Below the pieces are notes generated by a model. It saw only the letters and a list, made by a program, of their open reading frames with translations. It was not told where the DNA came from and did no database searches. Positions 1-13,184 of a DNA stretch of 64,000 nucleotides are shown one piece after another. A program made the position numbers and the translations under genes. How positions within the stretch are numbered: position 1 is the stretch's first letter; each line of letters starts with the position of its first letter. The DNA comes from Paraspadella gotoi (taxonomy: Eukaryota > Animalia > Chaetognatha), in the NCBI GenBank assembly GCA_051294375.1, contig CM119267.1, positions 21,149,755 through 21,213,754 on the forward strand, in the 5' to 3' direction.

Positions 1-1484
1 TCACGGAAGAAGTGATGAGGGTGAGAGACGGCTCGCGTGCGAAAAAATGTGGCGAAAGCATTTGCCACGCGATCTCGGGGAAAAGATCAACGGGCAGGAA
101 AATGATCCAAGATGTCGCTCGACTGTCGTGAGAGGGACGATGATGGGTATCGCAAGACGGGGCTATTTGCAACGCAAGAATGTGGCGAAAAGAATGAAGA
201 TTGTTTGGACAACAAGTTGGGTTGCTCATAGTATTGTATTTGGGCTTAAGTGATTAGGGTTAGGGATTTTGGTTAGGAATAGGTGATACTTCGCATGGTA
301 TAACAGATTATAGTTACTTATTATTAGGAGTCTATCGTCGTTCTTAGAAATCGAGGAAGACTTTTTTCAATGGAGATTTTTGTTAAAATCTGACTACCAA
401 ATAATGTCAACGCCCCTGGGAAAAATTCAGGTAAAAAATAGATGTAAAAACACTCGATTCCGATCCTGTTGCATCTGAAGGGCTCGCATTTTTTTTTCTC
501 TTGACAAATAACCATCATTTTGACATCGAACCCATTCGATTCAAATGGACTGGTCCGCTCGGGAAAATATTTTTTGATGCAATTTTATATATAAAATAAA
601 GGGATTTCTCAAACTTCAATACAATGTCAACGCATTTTAAGGTATGTTGTCTTTTACAATAAACTTCGAATTCAGGAATCTGATAGCAATATGGTCTGAA
701 GGGCTCTCAACAATTTTTTCTTTACATTTCATTTGGTTATTGAATATGATACGATCATGTTAAAGTGAATTAGTCCCATTTTGGTGAAATTTTTATTTAA
801 AGTAAAGTAAAAGAGGAGCTAACGATCGGAATTCTAAGAGTTTTCAACCGGAGTCAGATTCTGAAAAAATCTTATATGGCGAAAAATCTTCCAAAGAAGG
901 GGATGGATTTTCCGAAGATTTTGGTTAATATTTTCTATATTATGGTCGGATTTTTTTGAAACTTAAAAATAGCAATATTGCCATCATTCTACATTGGCGG
1001 TCAAAGAATATATTAAAAAACCTCTGACTTTTTTTGTCAGAGCTTAGTCCTACTTATTACGGTTGAATTTAGATTAGATTTTAGATTTTTGAAAAAGAGC
1101 TCGACATTCACAGGACTTTCTCTATGTTTGTTTTAGTGTTGATGTTTACGGTCGAATGCGTTGGCCTGATGTCAGAATCAATCGGGTGACGTTTCATTGT
1201 GATCGCTTTTGTGAGATCTTCGTCGTCAATTTTCGATCGCTTGTTATTTCGGCAAATGATCAACTCTTCACTCGAGATTGTGAAAGCTTCATCTTCCGGC
1301 GAGGGGGCGCGTTCATCTAGCGGCGCCAACTCGTCAACACGCTTCATCGCGCCCCGCCCGGCCTCCAACCGGCAAACCCCCCTCCCGCCACCACGCCCCC
1401 CCCCTCTCTCCTCAGGAAGAGACCCGCGCTTAACCGCCGACGCCTCGAATTCCTCGGAGAGTTTCGCGCATCGTTTCTCGATCG

Positions 1485-1536
<52 letters not shown>

Positions 1537-1538
1537 AA

Positions 1539-1585
<47 letters not shown>

Positions 1586-2039
1586 AGATAAAGATGAGAT
1601 GGCGAACGAGAGAACAAGAAGTGAGCGGAGAAGAGCAAGCGAGTGGAAAGAAAAAAGCTACTTCGAGAAGGTAAGTTCGATTCGTGCGGAAGAAGTGTAA
1701 TGGCGCGAAAGAAACAACCAATTTGATGAGGACAGCGCGGGATTTATCATNNNNNNNNNNNNNNNNNNNNNNNNNAGAGAGAGAGAGAGAGAGAGAATAT
1801 AGGTGAGTGACAGCGACGCCATCATTCAGGTTAATGAGGTTTCAAGTTTGTCATGGCGTCGGCCGAAGGAGAGTGAAGAGAAGAAAGGTGAGAGGAATTA
1901 AGGAAAGAGAATTAAAGGAAAGAAAGAGGACGGAAAGATGGAAAGAAAGAATGAAAGAAAGAGAGAAAGATGGAAAAGAAAGAGAAATTGAAACAAAGGT
2001 TTGGAAAATTAGTAGCAAAAAAGGTAGGAACGAAAGGGG

Positions 2040-2076
<37 letters not shown>

Positions 2077-2361
2077 GAGTGATTGATGAAGAGATCATCT
2101 CGCGGGGAGAGCTAATTTGCATGAGGTTGGCGAGGGCAAGGGAAGCCTCAGGGTTGCTTCAAGCGGAGATGGAGGTAAGGAGAAGGTGAGGCTGGGTTGA
2201 TGTGGTTTAAAAGGGAAAGGAGAGGTAAGTTTGACAGGAGTTGGTAAGGTTAGTAAGGTTTTACCGGACGGAAGAGTGGATTGGGAAAGGTTGAGTGAGA
2301 GAGACAGATTCTACATACATCGTTCGAACGTTAAATTAAAGGAAAATTAACAAAAAAAAAA

Positions 2362-2739
2362 CTACTTTGTATATAGTACTCTTTCTCTTTGCTCGCAATT
2401 CTCACGCCCGAGAAAATTCACGCTATTTTCGATGTCGCCCTCGATACTCCATGGCCTCCATGGATCGTGAAGCCGTGATGGATCGGGGCTAATGGCTCGA
2501 TGGGTCCTCACGGAAGAAGTGATTGAGGGTGAGAGACGGCTCGCGTGCGAAAAAATGTGGCGAAAGCATTTGCCACGCGATCTCGGGGAAAAGATCAACC
2601 GGCGGCAAAATGATCCAGATGGTCGTCGATGTCGTGAGAGGGACGATGATGGGTATCGCAAGACGGGGCTATTTGCAACGCAAGAAATGTGGCGAAAAGA
2701 ATGAAGATTGTTTGGAAACAAACAAGTTGGGTTGCTCAT
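2362..2739 (-). CDS. Putative coding fragment, Ser/Arg/Pro-rich with a WRPW motif
   Basis: GC-rich 125-codon ORF containing LHDPWRPW. No DNA-binding exon found, and the strand is not certain. Confidence 0.25.
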   Translation of the reverse strand: MSNPTCLFPNNLHSFRHISCVANSPVLRYPSSSLSRHRRPSGSFCRRLIFSPRSRGKCFRHIFSHASRLSPSITSSVRTHRAISPDPSRLHDPWRPWSIEGDIENSVNFLGRENCEQRERVLYTK

Positions 2740-3616
2740 AGTATTGTTATTTGGGTTAGTGATTAGGGTTAGGGATTTTGGTTAGGAATAGGGATATGCA
2801 TCGTATAACAGATTATAGTTACTTATTATAGGAGTCTACGTCGTTCTTAGAAATCGAGGAAGACCGACCTTTTTCAATGGAGATTTTTGTTAAAATCTGA
2901 CTACCAAATAATGTCAACGCCCCTGGGAAAAATTCAGGTAAAAAATAGATGTAAAAACACTCGATTCCGATCCTGTTGCATCTGAAGGGCTCGCATTTTT
3001 TTTTCTCTTGACAAATAACCATCATTTTGACATCGAACCATTCGATTCAAATGGACTGGTCCGCTCGGGAAAATATTTTTTGATGCAATTTTTATATATA
3101 AAATAAAGGGATTTCTCAACTTCAATACAATGTCAACGCATTTAAGGTATGTTGTCCTTTTACAATAAACTTCGAATTCAGGAATCTGATAGCAATATGT
3201 CTGAAGGGCTCTCAAAATTTTTTCTTTACATTTCATTTGGTTATTTGAATATGATACGATCATGTTAAAGTGAATTAGTCCATTTTGGTGAAATTTTTAT
3301 TTAAAGTAAAGTAAAAGAGGAGCTAACGATCGGAATTCTAAGAGTTTTTCAACCGGCGAGTCAGATTCTGAAAAAATCTTATATGGCGAAAATCTTCCAA
3401 AGAAGGGGTGGATTTTCCGAAGATTTTGGTTAATATTTTCTATATTTATGGTCGGATTTTTTTGAAACTTAAAAATAGCAATATTGCCATCATTCTACAT
3501 TGGCCGGTCAAAGAATATATTAAAAAACCTCTGACTTTTTTTGTCAGAGCTTAGTCCTACTTATTACGGTTGAAATTTAGATTAGATTTTAGATTTTTGA
3601 AAAAAGAGCTCGACAT

Positions 3617-4000
3617 TCACAGGACTTTCTCTATGTTTGTTTTAGTGTTGATGTTTGACGGTCGATGCGTTGGCCTTTGATGTCAGAATCAATCGGGTGA
3701 CGTTTCATTGTGATCGCTTTGTGAGATCTTCGTCGTCAATTTTCGATCGCTGGTTATTTCGCAAATGATCAACTCTTCACTCGAGATTGGTGAAAGCTTC
3801 ATCTTTCCGGCGAGGGGGGCGCGTCATCTAGCGGCGCCAACTCGTCAACACGCTTCATCGCGCCCGCCCGGCCTCCAACCCGGCAAACCCCCCTCCCGCT
3901 ACCACGCCTCCCCCCCTCTCTCCTCAGGAAGAGACCCGCGCTTAACCGCCGACGCCTCGAATTCCTCGGAGAGTTTCGCGCATCGTTTTCTCGATCGCAC
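3617..4000 (-). CDS. Putative coding fragment (open in the duplicate copy at 1108-~1487), unknown product
   Basis: GC-rich segment. The duplicate copy reads ...MKRVDELAPLDERAPSPEDEAFTISSEELIICRNNKRSKIDDEDLTKAITMKRHP...; this copy is frameshifted. Confidence 0.25.
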
Positions 4001-4064
<64 letters not shown>

Positions 4065-6446
4065 CGATGAAGAGTGAGATGGAGAACGAGACGAAAGAAG
4101 TGAGCGGAGAAAGAGCAAGCGAGTGGAAAGAAGGAAAGCTACTTCGAGAAGGTAAGTTCGATCGTCGGTAAGAAGGGTAAGGCGCGAAAAGAAAAAAAAG
4201 TTGATGAAGGAAGCGCGGGGTAAGTTTATGTCGCTCGATTAAGCTGCCATCTTTTTTCCCCCGGTTGTTTTTCTTTCGGCGCGCGAGAGAGAGAAGAAAA
4301 CCAAAATATTGAGGCTTTAAACTTTTTCCTAGTTCTTCACCAGACAAGCGACGATGCTTGGCGATGCTTGACGATGCTTGCCTTGGTTGAGTGAAGAAGC
4401 GCTAGAGGTTTTTTAATCTTCTTTTTCTCGGTCGGCGGAAGAAGGTGGGGGAATGAGTTGTGATAGTGACACTGTGATAGGATCGCCAGGGGAGTGTGAA
4501 AGGTGTGAGAAGTGAGAGGGGATATTGGTGATGTAGAAATTGATTCAACGGGAATTTGGGATAGTGAAAGAAGTACTAGGTTACTTGCTGGAAATTAAAA
4601 AAAGTGTGGCAACTGGCAAGAGTGCTATTCGATCGTAGGAGTGAAGAAAAGTGAATGTGAGAAGGTGAGAAAGAAAAGGAGTTGTGCCTTTTTTTCTCAT
4701 GAATTCCATTGGCTTCGTTCTTCGTCACTTTGCAAACTTTCATCATAAACTTTTTCGCTTTTCACTTCTAGATGCGGAAAAAGTGTGAAACCTTAAGGGG
4801 ATTTTAATTTAATAATAAAATTGATATTAATCTTATAATCTTCCTAGTTTACATATATTCGTAAAATGATTATAAATGTTGTGCATTCACAAAATTTGAG
4901 TTTGCTTCTAGTTTTAACAAATTTTACCCTTTTGTTTTCTCGCGCTCGCATTTCCCTCTCGCGATACATGACGTAATGACGTAAAACAAAAGACAAACCT
5001 AAAAAAAAGGCTTCTCTACGATTGGAAATAAAAAAAATCTACTTTAAGGAGAAACATAAAAACGTAAGAAAAAAAGGAAAGAGAGGAAGATGTTGCCACT
5101 TTTTTGGCGCGTGTCAGTTTGTCAGTCCGCGACTCAGTTTCCTTGTCAGTTCGCGCGTCTCACTTTGTCTTCTTCTCCCCCCCCNNNNNNNNNNNNNNNN
5201 NNNNNNNNNCACACCCTTTTTTTTTTAACGGGCGTTGTCGTTCGAGCGTCAACCACGAAAGGGTTACGACAACAAACTATACGTGCCCAATCCGTGCCAT
5301 GGCATACTCTTCGGCCTTGCAGCTTAAACCTATAAAAAAACAAACAAATCCTTTCTTCCCCCGGTCTACCTTTTTACCCGCCCCCCAACAGTGTATCCCA
5401 CACCGTGGAAAAAGTCATGTCATCACTTTAGCAATTCTATTGATTTTTTGGCAAATATCTTGGTCTTTAACTCCTTTGCCTTTCTAATAAACTATTTTCG
5501 TTTTTTTGTCAGGTACGGAATTATTATTTTCATGCAGTCTTTGCGATGGCAAATTGAAATTTTTGATTGCTTGGTCCTTGTTAACCACAACATTAATATT
5601 CCACTCCAGAAAATAACTAATTTTATTAAAACTATATATTTTTAATACAATTCAACAGCTCTTTCGCTAAGGTTTCTGTTGGACATATTATTTTTATTTA
5701 ATTTGTTAGAATAAGTTGCAATTACAGTGCATTAAGTTGCAAGCTGTTTAGAATGAAATTGAGCCTCCAGAATTTTTCCTTAAGTTCAGCTTTTAAGTGT
5801 GTCGGTGATATTTAGGGATATCGAAATTTAACTTCAAAAAAGGCATTCAATAGCTGGGGTGGTGTCTGAGACATAACCCTCCTGTTGCGGTTTTTTTGCG
5901 CTGTTTTTCGTTTAAGAAAGAAATTCTGACTTGCAAGTAGACCTCAGTTTATTCGTAAATCCGAAATTTTTATTTTCTATATAAATTAACTAAAAGTTGC
6001 GGGAAGGCGACGAAAGAGAGAGAAGAGAGAAAAAGAGATGAAGAGAAAAAGAAAAGAAGAGAGAGAAGATAGAGAGAGAGGAGAATAAAGAGATTGCGTC
6101 GTAACTAATTCAGCCGATGGCTCGCTTTTTGACCTATCAGAAGAGAAAGAGAAGAGGAGGAGAGAGCAGAGAAGGAGAGAGAGGAGAGAAAGAGAGGGAG
6201 AAAGAGAGGGAGAGAGGAAAAAAAAAAAAAAAAATAAGAGAGAGAGGAGAGGAGAGGAGAGGAGACTGAGAAAGAAGACGGAGAGGAGAGAGGAGGATTT
6301 TCGTAACTTTGGCCCTCTGCCCAGAGTAAAACTCATTTTTGGGATAATCATAAGAGAAAGAAAGATGAGAAAGAGAGAGAAAGAGAGGAGAGAGGGAGAA
6401 AGAGAGAAAAAAATCTTAAAAGAATAGGATCCGAGCTCCCTTTCAA

Positions 6447-6630
6447 TTGATAACCAAATATTGGTGCGAATGATAAAACCCCCAAAAGGATTGATTGCGA
6501 TGATAACGGAATATTTGATGCGATGATAACCAATAATTGATGCTGATGATAACCAAATGAATCGATTTTATGATTACCAAATGATTGAATGTGATAATAA
6601 CCAAAAGGTTTGATGCAATGATAGTCATTC
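6447..6630. repeat. Degenerate ~22-23 bp minisatellite (gatgataaccaaatgattgatgc-like)
   Basis: Repeated tgataacc/tgattacc cores at regular spacing. Confidence 0.7.
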
Positions 6631-7276
6631 ATTTGAATGTTGATGACAATCATAGATAAGATGATAGTCCATTCATTGACTCAATTGGAATCAATCATCA
6701 TAAAATAAAACAAGCAAATGCGTGCTGATGAGTGAAAAGAGAAGGAGAGAAATGAGAGAGAGAGAGAGGATTGAAAGAGAGAGAAAGAAAGTGAATAAAA
6801 ATCACGAAAATCTCGGATTAAATTTGGATTTTTGCATTTGAGAAAAAATCGCGGAATAATTGGGGCGATAATAAAAGTTTTTAAAAGAAAAAAATAATCA
6901 AAATTTTTTTTAAAAAACGATACGCCAAGAGAGATCGGTACAGAGAGAGAGATTAGAGAGAGAGAGAAAGAAGAGAGAGAGATAGAAAAGGTTAAAAAAG
7001 TTTCCAACAAGAATTGAGAGAGATTAGCTGGTTCAGTTTTTTAGAGGAGCAGATTTTAGTTGAGGGCTAGATAGAATAAGTGGGAAAGAAATGAAATTTG
7101 GGTTGAGGGTGAGAGAAGAGAGAGAGAGAGAGACCGAGATGAGAGAGGAGAGAGAGAGAAGAAATAAACAATTACATTTGAGCAATGTACAACAATGATA
7201 AAATTTAAACAAACTTCATTTGTAAATGTCTAATAACAAAATTGTATAGTGACTAAAAACCTCCAACCGTTCATCA

Positions 7277-7460
7277 GCGGCCATTTGGTTGCCGCGTTAG
7301 GCAAAGTCATTCGCCTCCCAACCCAAAGGTCCGGGGTTCTGCCCGTGTGGTCGTCTGGCAGCTTAAGGGACGGGGCGCTTAATCCGCCTGTACATGGTGT
7401 TACAGCCTGATCGAAGCTCCAGGACCTGCTTTATATTGAACGGTGTCTGTCATCTAACCA
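7277..7460 (+). mobile_element. tRNA-like head (7277-7354) plus GC-rich body; candidate tRNA-derived SINE or tRNA pseudogene
   Basis: Acceptor-stem-like pairing GCGGCCA/TGGTCGT, A-box-like tggttgccgcgttagg, a Gly(CCC)-like tcgcctccca anticodon region and B-box-like ggggttctgccc. Confidence 0.5.
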
Positions 7461-7702
7461 CTTATTCAATAATTTACTGTCTCTTCAATTGCAATAAATT
7501 TCATTTGAAATTGGAAAAATTTGAAATGAATGAAATTTTGAAATATAAGAGTTTAATTCAGAGGATAGATAAGTAAAGATTTTAGTTGAAATTAAATTCT
7601 TTGTTGAAACTTTTATCTCTGTCCCTCTCTCTCTTTCTCTCTCTCTTGTCTCTCTCTCAAATTCTTGAAAACACTATTTATAGAAAAACAATAATTTTTC
7701 CG

Positions 7703-7745
7703 CGAACTGAAGAAGCTTCTCATTCAGAGACGAAACATTATCCGT
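7703..7745 (+). ncRNA. Degenerate hammerhead-ribozyme-like motif
   Basis: CTGAAGA-A-GCTTCTC-attca-GAGAC-GAAA-CATTATC. The core boxes are present but stems I and III are imperfect. Confidence 0.35.
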
Positions 7746-8265
7746 TATTTTGGTTTAAATTTAACCGTTGTTTTTAAATAATAAAAACGTTGTAACTAAA
7801 ACTTACCAACAACAAGAATCGAGAGAAATACATTATACTTTTTTAGTTAAACCGTTAATATTAAAAAATCCCTGCCTATTCTCGTCTCATGTCTATTTTT
7901 TTGTAATTATCCTTTCTATAAATTTTTAACGTTTGTAAAATAAAATTTCTTTCTCTGACTGTATTTTGCATTTAGTTTAAAAAACCTTTGAGTATTTATA
8001 ACTCTAATTGCATATTGTAGTTATTATATTTAAGAAATGGTAAAAATACAAAAAAATTTACATTATTATAGAGATGCATATTAATTAGATATGCATTCTA
8101 ACATTAAACCATAATAGAATGGAACGATACTTCAAAGCAAAATGAAGGGCTATACTGCAATTACTTTCAATCAAACAAGTTCCAAGGATAAAGCTTTTTG
8201 CTAGATAGATAAACTCAAAACAATATTGGAGGGTGGGTGGGTTGGTGGCTGTAATGCATTAGAAA

Positions 8266-9850
8266 TAGCCGCGGAATTCTGCTGTCCACCTTACTATGGC
8301 TTCATAGTGTAGTGGTTACAGGTGGGTAGCGAGGGCTGTATGAAATTTTCTGCTGGTCCACCTTACTATGGCTTCATAGCTGTAGTGGTTACAGGGGCAG
8401 CGCTTTTAGCCGGAGGCTGTTAATGGACATTTCCTGCTTTCCGGCCAGATTAGACATATTGACAAACTTGCGGTGAGTGTCGTAAGGTATGTTTATGACA
8501 CGCGATAGGGTAGCCGGAGACTGGTATGAAACTTTTCTGAAGACTTGATCGACCCTTACTATGGGCTCTCTAGTGGTTATATTTGAATAAAAAAAGTGGG
8601 TTGGGCCGTGAATTGTGAGCGAGTTGAAATCTCTGTGCCAACCCTCTTACTGTGCTCATTAAGTACTGTATATTTTGGTTTACAAAGTTAAATATTTAGT
8701 GTCCGGATTTAGCCGGGGAGCTCAATTGTAAATAGAATATTTCTGGCCTTCCATACTTACCTATAGAAGGCTTTGAGTGTTAATTAGTCGCGATATAACA
8801 AGACGTGGTACAATAGTAGGTATCAGAGAGCTGGAGTTATGAATAAAGTCTGCTTATGTCACCATCTACAGTGATAGCGCGTTCATATGTGTATAGTTGT
8901 ATACTAGAGTGTTAAAGGTACAGGACAGTAGGCTGATATGAAAATATCTATCATGCTCTCCAAACAACATATACTAATGAGCATTACAAATGTGTAAGTG
9001 TTACAGCGAAACAAGTGTATGCAAACAGGATAATAGCGATGGCTGTATGGAAAATTTTCTTGGCGTGTCCACCTTTTTACTATGTGCTTCATAGTGTAGT
9101 GGGTTACAGTGTTTGAGGTAGCCGATTGGCTGCTTATGAGATACGTTTTCTGCTGTCACCGGTAACTATGGTCTTCATAGTGTCCAGTTGACGCGTTACA
9201 GTTAAGTGTTTAGAGCGAAAAAATCAGGCTAATCGTGAAATAGGTAGCTGAGGCTGTAATGAATTATTTCTTGTGTCTCTTACTATGACTTTTCATAGTG
9301 TAGTGGTTACAGGTGTGGTAGCCGGGCTGTATGAAATTTCTGCTGTCCACCTTACTATGGTTCATAGTATTTGTTAGTTGACGTTACAGCCTATGTGACT
9401 GGGATAGACGAGGCTGTATGAAATTTTTTCTGCACGTTCCACCTATACTACTGGCTTCCAATGGATCGGTACTCGCTAGTTGGCTTACAGCGGTGCGTAC
9501 AATTACCAAACCAGGAGAGTACGCCGTGTAGGCTTTATGAAATTTCTGCTCCACGCTCTCACTCATGGCGTTCAATAGTGTAATACGCATATGGTGTTAT
9601 AAAATTTCGGCTTGGCAAGGATTACACGTGAGTTGACGTTTCTAGAGTTTAGCGAGGCTGGTATGAAATTTTCTGGCTGTACGCTAACCACTACATTTTA
9701 CTATATGTGCTTCATAGTTGACTTAGCTGTAGTGGTTTTAGTCAGTGTATGGTTAGCGTTAGTTGACTGGTAATGAAAATTTTTCATAGCTTGTCTCTCT
9801 CTTTACTAATGGTTTCTTTTCAATAGTGTGTAGATGGTTCACGTAGCCAT
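8266..9850. repeat. ~70-72 bp tandem satellite; many copies indel-corrupted
   Basis: Consensus ~gccgaggctgtatgaaattttctgctgtccaccttactatggcttcatagtgtagtggttacaggtgtggta. Clean units near 8281, 8352 and 9320-9368. Confidence 0.9.
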
Positions 9851-10098
9851 AGGTGTTTTTCAATTCACAATTATTATTTTTTTTAACACGGATTTATAGA
9901 CACAAGTTATTTTAACTGGCTAGTATGTCTATATCAAATTTTCTGGCTTGCTCAATCACCAATCTATCTATGCTCAATGCTGCCCCTTCACAGCTTGTGG
10001 TGTTTCTTTTTGTCCAAGTCTCTATCCTGCTGCCTCGTCCATTCTCTCAAACTTCTCTTCATCTTCTTCTCTCATCTCCTCTCCTCTCTCTCTCTACA

Positions 10099-10131
<33 letters not shown>

Positions 10132-10331
10132 GCTGAGACAATGGATCATGTCTCTCCTAATGGGGAGGGAAGGAGAGAGGGAGAGGAAAGTGGGAACGAG
10201 ATGAAGGAGAGAGGAAACTGAAAGATGAGAAAGTTTAAGACTGAAAGTATTTATAAGTATATATACAATGTTTGGAAAAAGAGATTATTGAAGGAAAGAG
10301 AGGAAGAGAAATGAGAAAGGGGGAAAGAATG

Positions 10332-10405
<74 letters not shown>

Positions 10406-11549
10406 AGTCAACAGGCTAAAGATGAGAGGAGAGAGCGGAGAAAGGCGAAGTTCGAACGAATACTGATCGACGGAGATGGAAGGAAAGAGGAAGAAAAAGA
10501 GACAGAAAAAAAAATAGAATTCAGTGAAAGAAGCGAAAAAAAACAACCAAGGGATGAAAGTCATGAGATTCTTGAGAAAAGGTTAGAGAAAAGAATAATG
10601 GAAATGGTTCTTCTACCTTAATTTATTTATTATTTATTTCAAATACAATGTTTCGTCTTCGTTTTTGTGATCGTAATCGTTGATTTGATAAATATGTAGT
10701 GTTTCGTTCTGTTTTGCGTTGCTCGTTAAAGACTTCCATAGTTTTATGTTTGTGACAGATAAGCCGTATTGGCGTTCGTGGAGGTCGTCTGAGGGGTAGA
10801 ACGGCTCGACGTCCGACGGCCGAGGATTTGATATCTTCGTTACACATTTCCCGATTTTGCGATCGAGAGTTACGTCGACCATCAATACGAGATGAGGGAA
10901 ACGGGGTAGCCGAGGTTATCTGAGTTGAATAACGTTTGAATTTGAAATTTGTAGAATCTCCTGTTGCGTCTGATGTCGAACGAAGCTTATTGCTTTTTTT
11001 TCGTTTGTTTACAAACAAATCATTTTTTTTTACCTCCCCGTCGCCTTTTTAACTGTAATGAACAAACAATCTTTGAATTCCCGATCGTCGCCATTTGAGG
11101 TTCAGTCAGAAAGTGAGGCAACTCAAACAAAAGCAAAGAGTTATTTCATTAAAATTACATTTTCGAGCTCATGTCTTAACTGTAACCGTGAACCGTTAAA
11201 AATTGATCGTGAACTCGTTCCCTTTTTCACATCTCATTCAATGCCATAACAGAAAAAGATTCATTTGGGTTCTGACGTGCGACTTCGCCTATCGCGTGGA
11301 TTTTAATATTATTTTATATTTTATGTCTCGCGACGATGGAACGAGAAATGTTCGAACTAATAAATTCGCTTCGACCTAAAAAAACGTGACGGATCGAATT
11401 TCATCGTGACGCCACGAACCTTAAGTACCATATAAATTTAAGGGGACGCGTCGGTTTGGCCCTAAAAAAAGGCGCTTCATGAAAATTAGTGTCTTAGATC
11501 GATTTTCGTTGACAAAATAATTTTTGGGGTGGATGCAGTTTACTGATTT

Positions 11550-11772
11550 GATTGTTTTCCAAAAGCACGCCATTTCTGCTCCTTAATTCCTGAATTTACT
11601 CAGATAACCTTAATCTGTTACAAAACTTAAATCTTAGTTCATTTATAGTAATCCCTAAGCTATTCCTTAATCTAAACCTTTAACCAAATCAAACTTAAAA
11701 TTAAATCTAATTTAAAAAAATAATAATTTGAAATTTAAGATGAAATGGGGCGTCTTGGGAAAATGAGACCCT
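11550..11772. mobile_element. Possible degenerate MITE
   Basis: Imperfect inverted ends ttttccaaaagcacgccattt / aaatggggcgtcttgggaaaa around aaccttaa-type repeats. Confidence 0.3.
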
Positions 11773-12892
11773 TATTTTAAGTCCAAACGATAATCAACGT
11801 TTCCGCAAATCAATTGATAGACTTTTAAAGAAAATGATGATGATAACAATATGTATCATAAAAGAGGTTATGATAAGGAAGTTATGATAAAGGAAGATGA
11901 CGTTACTCATGATGATATTCATGATTTTGATAATGCCGATCGAAACGGAAATGATTCAATTCGATTCGTTGTTGCGTGTTTTTTTTTTTCTTTTTTTTTT
12001 TCTCCGCCGTCAATCTATATTTCCCACCCTGGTCAACGACCGCTCTTCCATGAACAAGTTCTAAGAGATTACCACTGACCTTTATTAAATATTTAAAATA
12101 AATATTAACTGCCATTTATCTCAGCTTTTGTATGCTTTAGTATCATAAAAACGCTTCGCTTAAAAACATTATAAAATACAATCAGATTTCTCGACGCAAA
12201 AAAAAGTAATAATCAACATAATAATATAATAACTATAAAACCGACACTTTACAAATATCCTCCAAATATTTTATCCGTTTAAAAACTCGGCCCCGAGACC
12301 TGCGGACCTTTTCTCTCCATGTACGGGTCAATTCGATGGGAAACACGCAATCTTGACGTCACCCTCGCGTGACGGTCTGTCGGTCGCTCTGAAAATACAT
12401 GGAATGTTATTTTGATCCCTACGGTTACCGGTTACCGTTTTCAATGTTTTTCATAACAGAATAATGAAGGAAATAACGATTCGCTATCAATTGCGACATT
12501 TAGAAATATTTGAAGAAAATTTAACAACAAGCAATTTTTCGTCTGTATTTCGATTCAGAAAAGTCGCGAATTAAAATTGGATTATAAAAATTAAATATTT
12601 TCATGACGTTTTGATTTGGGAGTGGCCCCTCGCTTTCGTCTTCGTCGTAGTCCTCGCAGTAGATTTTCGTTATTAAACTTATTGTATTGGAACAAAAAAA
12701 TACTAAGCCTTAACAAAAACAATAAAAAGTCTTGATTTTGAAATTGTTCAATATTAAAATCAACTTTTCAGATCAATCCGTGCAGAAGAGAAAAAAACAT
12801 TTTGGTTCAAAATTTGCGCGTCTACCAATTAATTTATCCATCAATCTTTTAATCAAATCTTTTTCTTCCAGTTGAATTCGAAAACGATAGAG

Positions 12893-13085
12893 ATGGCGTT
12901 CGCCTCTCAGGCGCCATCTCCCATCTCCCTCTTTCTCTTAATCGTCGGCGCCGCCCACTTCCGCGTCACAGACGCCTGCAACACCGGCGCCGTCGTTGTT
13001 TTTTGTTCGCGCAATCCCAAGTTTGGACAAATGTGTCCAGCCATCTCGACATTCCAGAAATCGGTACGACTTTACTTCCTTATTT

Positions 13086-13184
<99 letters not shown>

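Larger units (their letters stand above)
1..4230 (+). repeat. Direct duplication: 1-~1750 is a near-identical copy of 2508-~4230
   Basis: tcacggaagaagtga at 1 and 2508; colinear through cttcgagaaggtaagttcg (~1660 and ~4142). Differences are mostly 1-bp indels, and an N gap (1751-1775) follows copy 1. Confidence 0.95.

Noticed and set aside
250-270. ttagggttaggg telomere-like motif (also ~2763)
   Set aside because: Only two units; too short to call telomeric.
8266-9850. Satellite as a CRISPR array, coding repeat or ribozyme-bearing retrozyme
   Set aside because: No unique spacers, stops in all frames, and no CUGANGA/GAAA core in the unit.
10623-11018. Minus-strand ORFs of 131 and 83 aa
   Set aside because: No recognisable domain or linked exons, and the frame cannot be chosen; possibly UTR or an orphan exon.
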